Assembly: GCA_000697455.1 (NCBI GenBank)
Contig: JNET01029177.1
Coordinates: 1 to 36,792, forward strand
Direction of reading: 5' to 3'
Origin: Basidiobolus heterosporus B8920
Lineage: Eukaryota
Length of the DNA: 36,792 nt
Shown piece after piece: positions 36,102 to 36,792 of the stretch (position 1 is its first letter; each line of letters starts with the position of its first letter). Under the pieces are notes generated by a model. It had not been told where the DNA came from, made no database searches, and saw nothing but the letters and a program-made list of their open reading frames with translations. Both the position numbers and the translations under genes were made by a program.

Positions 36102-36792
36102 CAAGCCAAAGTACGGAAAGGCTTGAACACACCCACCCACACATATATTTATACTTTATTATATTTGACTTTCCTATTACCAATGCACTGCTTTGGTAAC
36201 ATTTCCATCTTAAATTCACTCACACTCATTCTGCCCTTCAAACAATCTAAACTCCATTTTGTTTGTTCATCTCGGTTAAACTTGCTCATCCACTTTAGAT
36301 ACCTTTAGAACATATAGATATACTTATTTACTCTCAATAGAACGTTATGGTTGCTACTCAAGTATTTCCATGATGTTGCGTGATCTTGATATGGAGGAGC
36401 TTATAGACACTCAAATCTGTGTTAATCTTCCTATGTAGTAGAGATTACCATTACCATCCTGAAGATATTGAAAACATTTACTTAATTAAAACAAATGATG
36501 ATTAGTTAAAGTCCATTTTACCAACATACAGGTCAAATCTGATTGGCTGAATTCAAAAGAACCCATCTGTTGCTGAAATTCACATAGTTTAGCACCTAAT
36601 TGCTCATACTTGATCTCACCCTTATTATATTTACTTACCTATTTCCTCACACCCAGAATTCACACTCGGGTTTTACTTAGAATATTTTTCATTAACTTAG
36701 AAGTACCCAGAATACTTGACTTTCTCAAACATGTCCAAATGACCCCACACTTTGCACACATGTTCCTGGAACCTTCCTTAACATATTCTACA

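Noticed and set aside
35135..36142. Alternative-frame (151 aa) and antisense (142 aa) ORFs over the NIPA last exon
   Set aside because: They overlap a conserved CDS, start at non-ATG codons and show no recognisable features.

Overview
Gene-dense, AT-rich fungal genomic DNA with many short (~45-150 nt) GT-AG introns. The fungal-type adenylate cyclase and Mhr1 mark it as fungal; an early-diverging lineage is a guess. I reconstructed 15 protein-coding genes by hand: an Ntr2/GCFC2-like splicing factor, cyclophilin H, gamma-tubulin complex subunit GCP6, a Sec4/Rab8 GTPase, a small secreted Kex2-type precursor, a CreA/Mig1-like C2H2 factor, adenylate cyclase Cyr1, AP-3 beta, UAP1, a DUF262 (GmrS/ParB-Srx fold) protein, SDA1, Mhr1/mL67, a 60-aa membrane microprotein, EB1/Bim1 and a NIPA Mg2+ transporter. 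The main surprise is the 8-exon DUF262 gene, a domain best known from bacterial anti-phage systems. Its diagnostic motifs lie in short exons that the ORF track misses, and it has no HNH nuclease partner. Next are the orphan secreted peptide precursor and the Rab with a non-canonical C-terminus (CAGCMN). I saw no rRNA, tRNA, transposon or CRISPR features.
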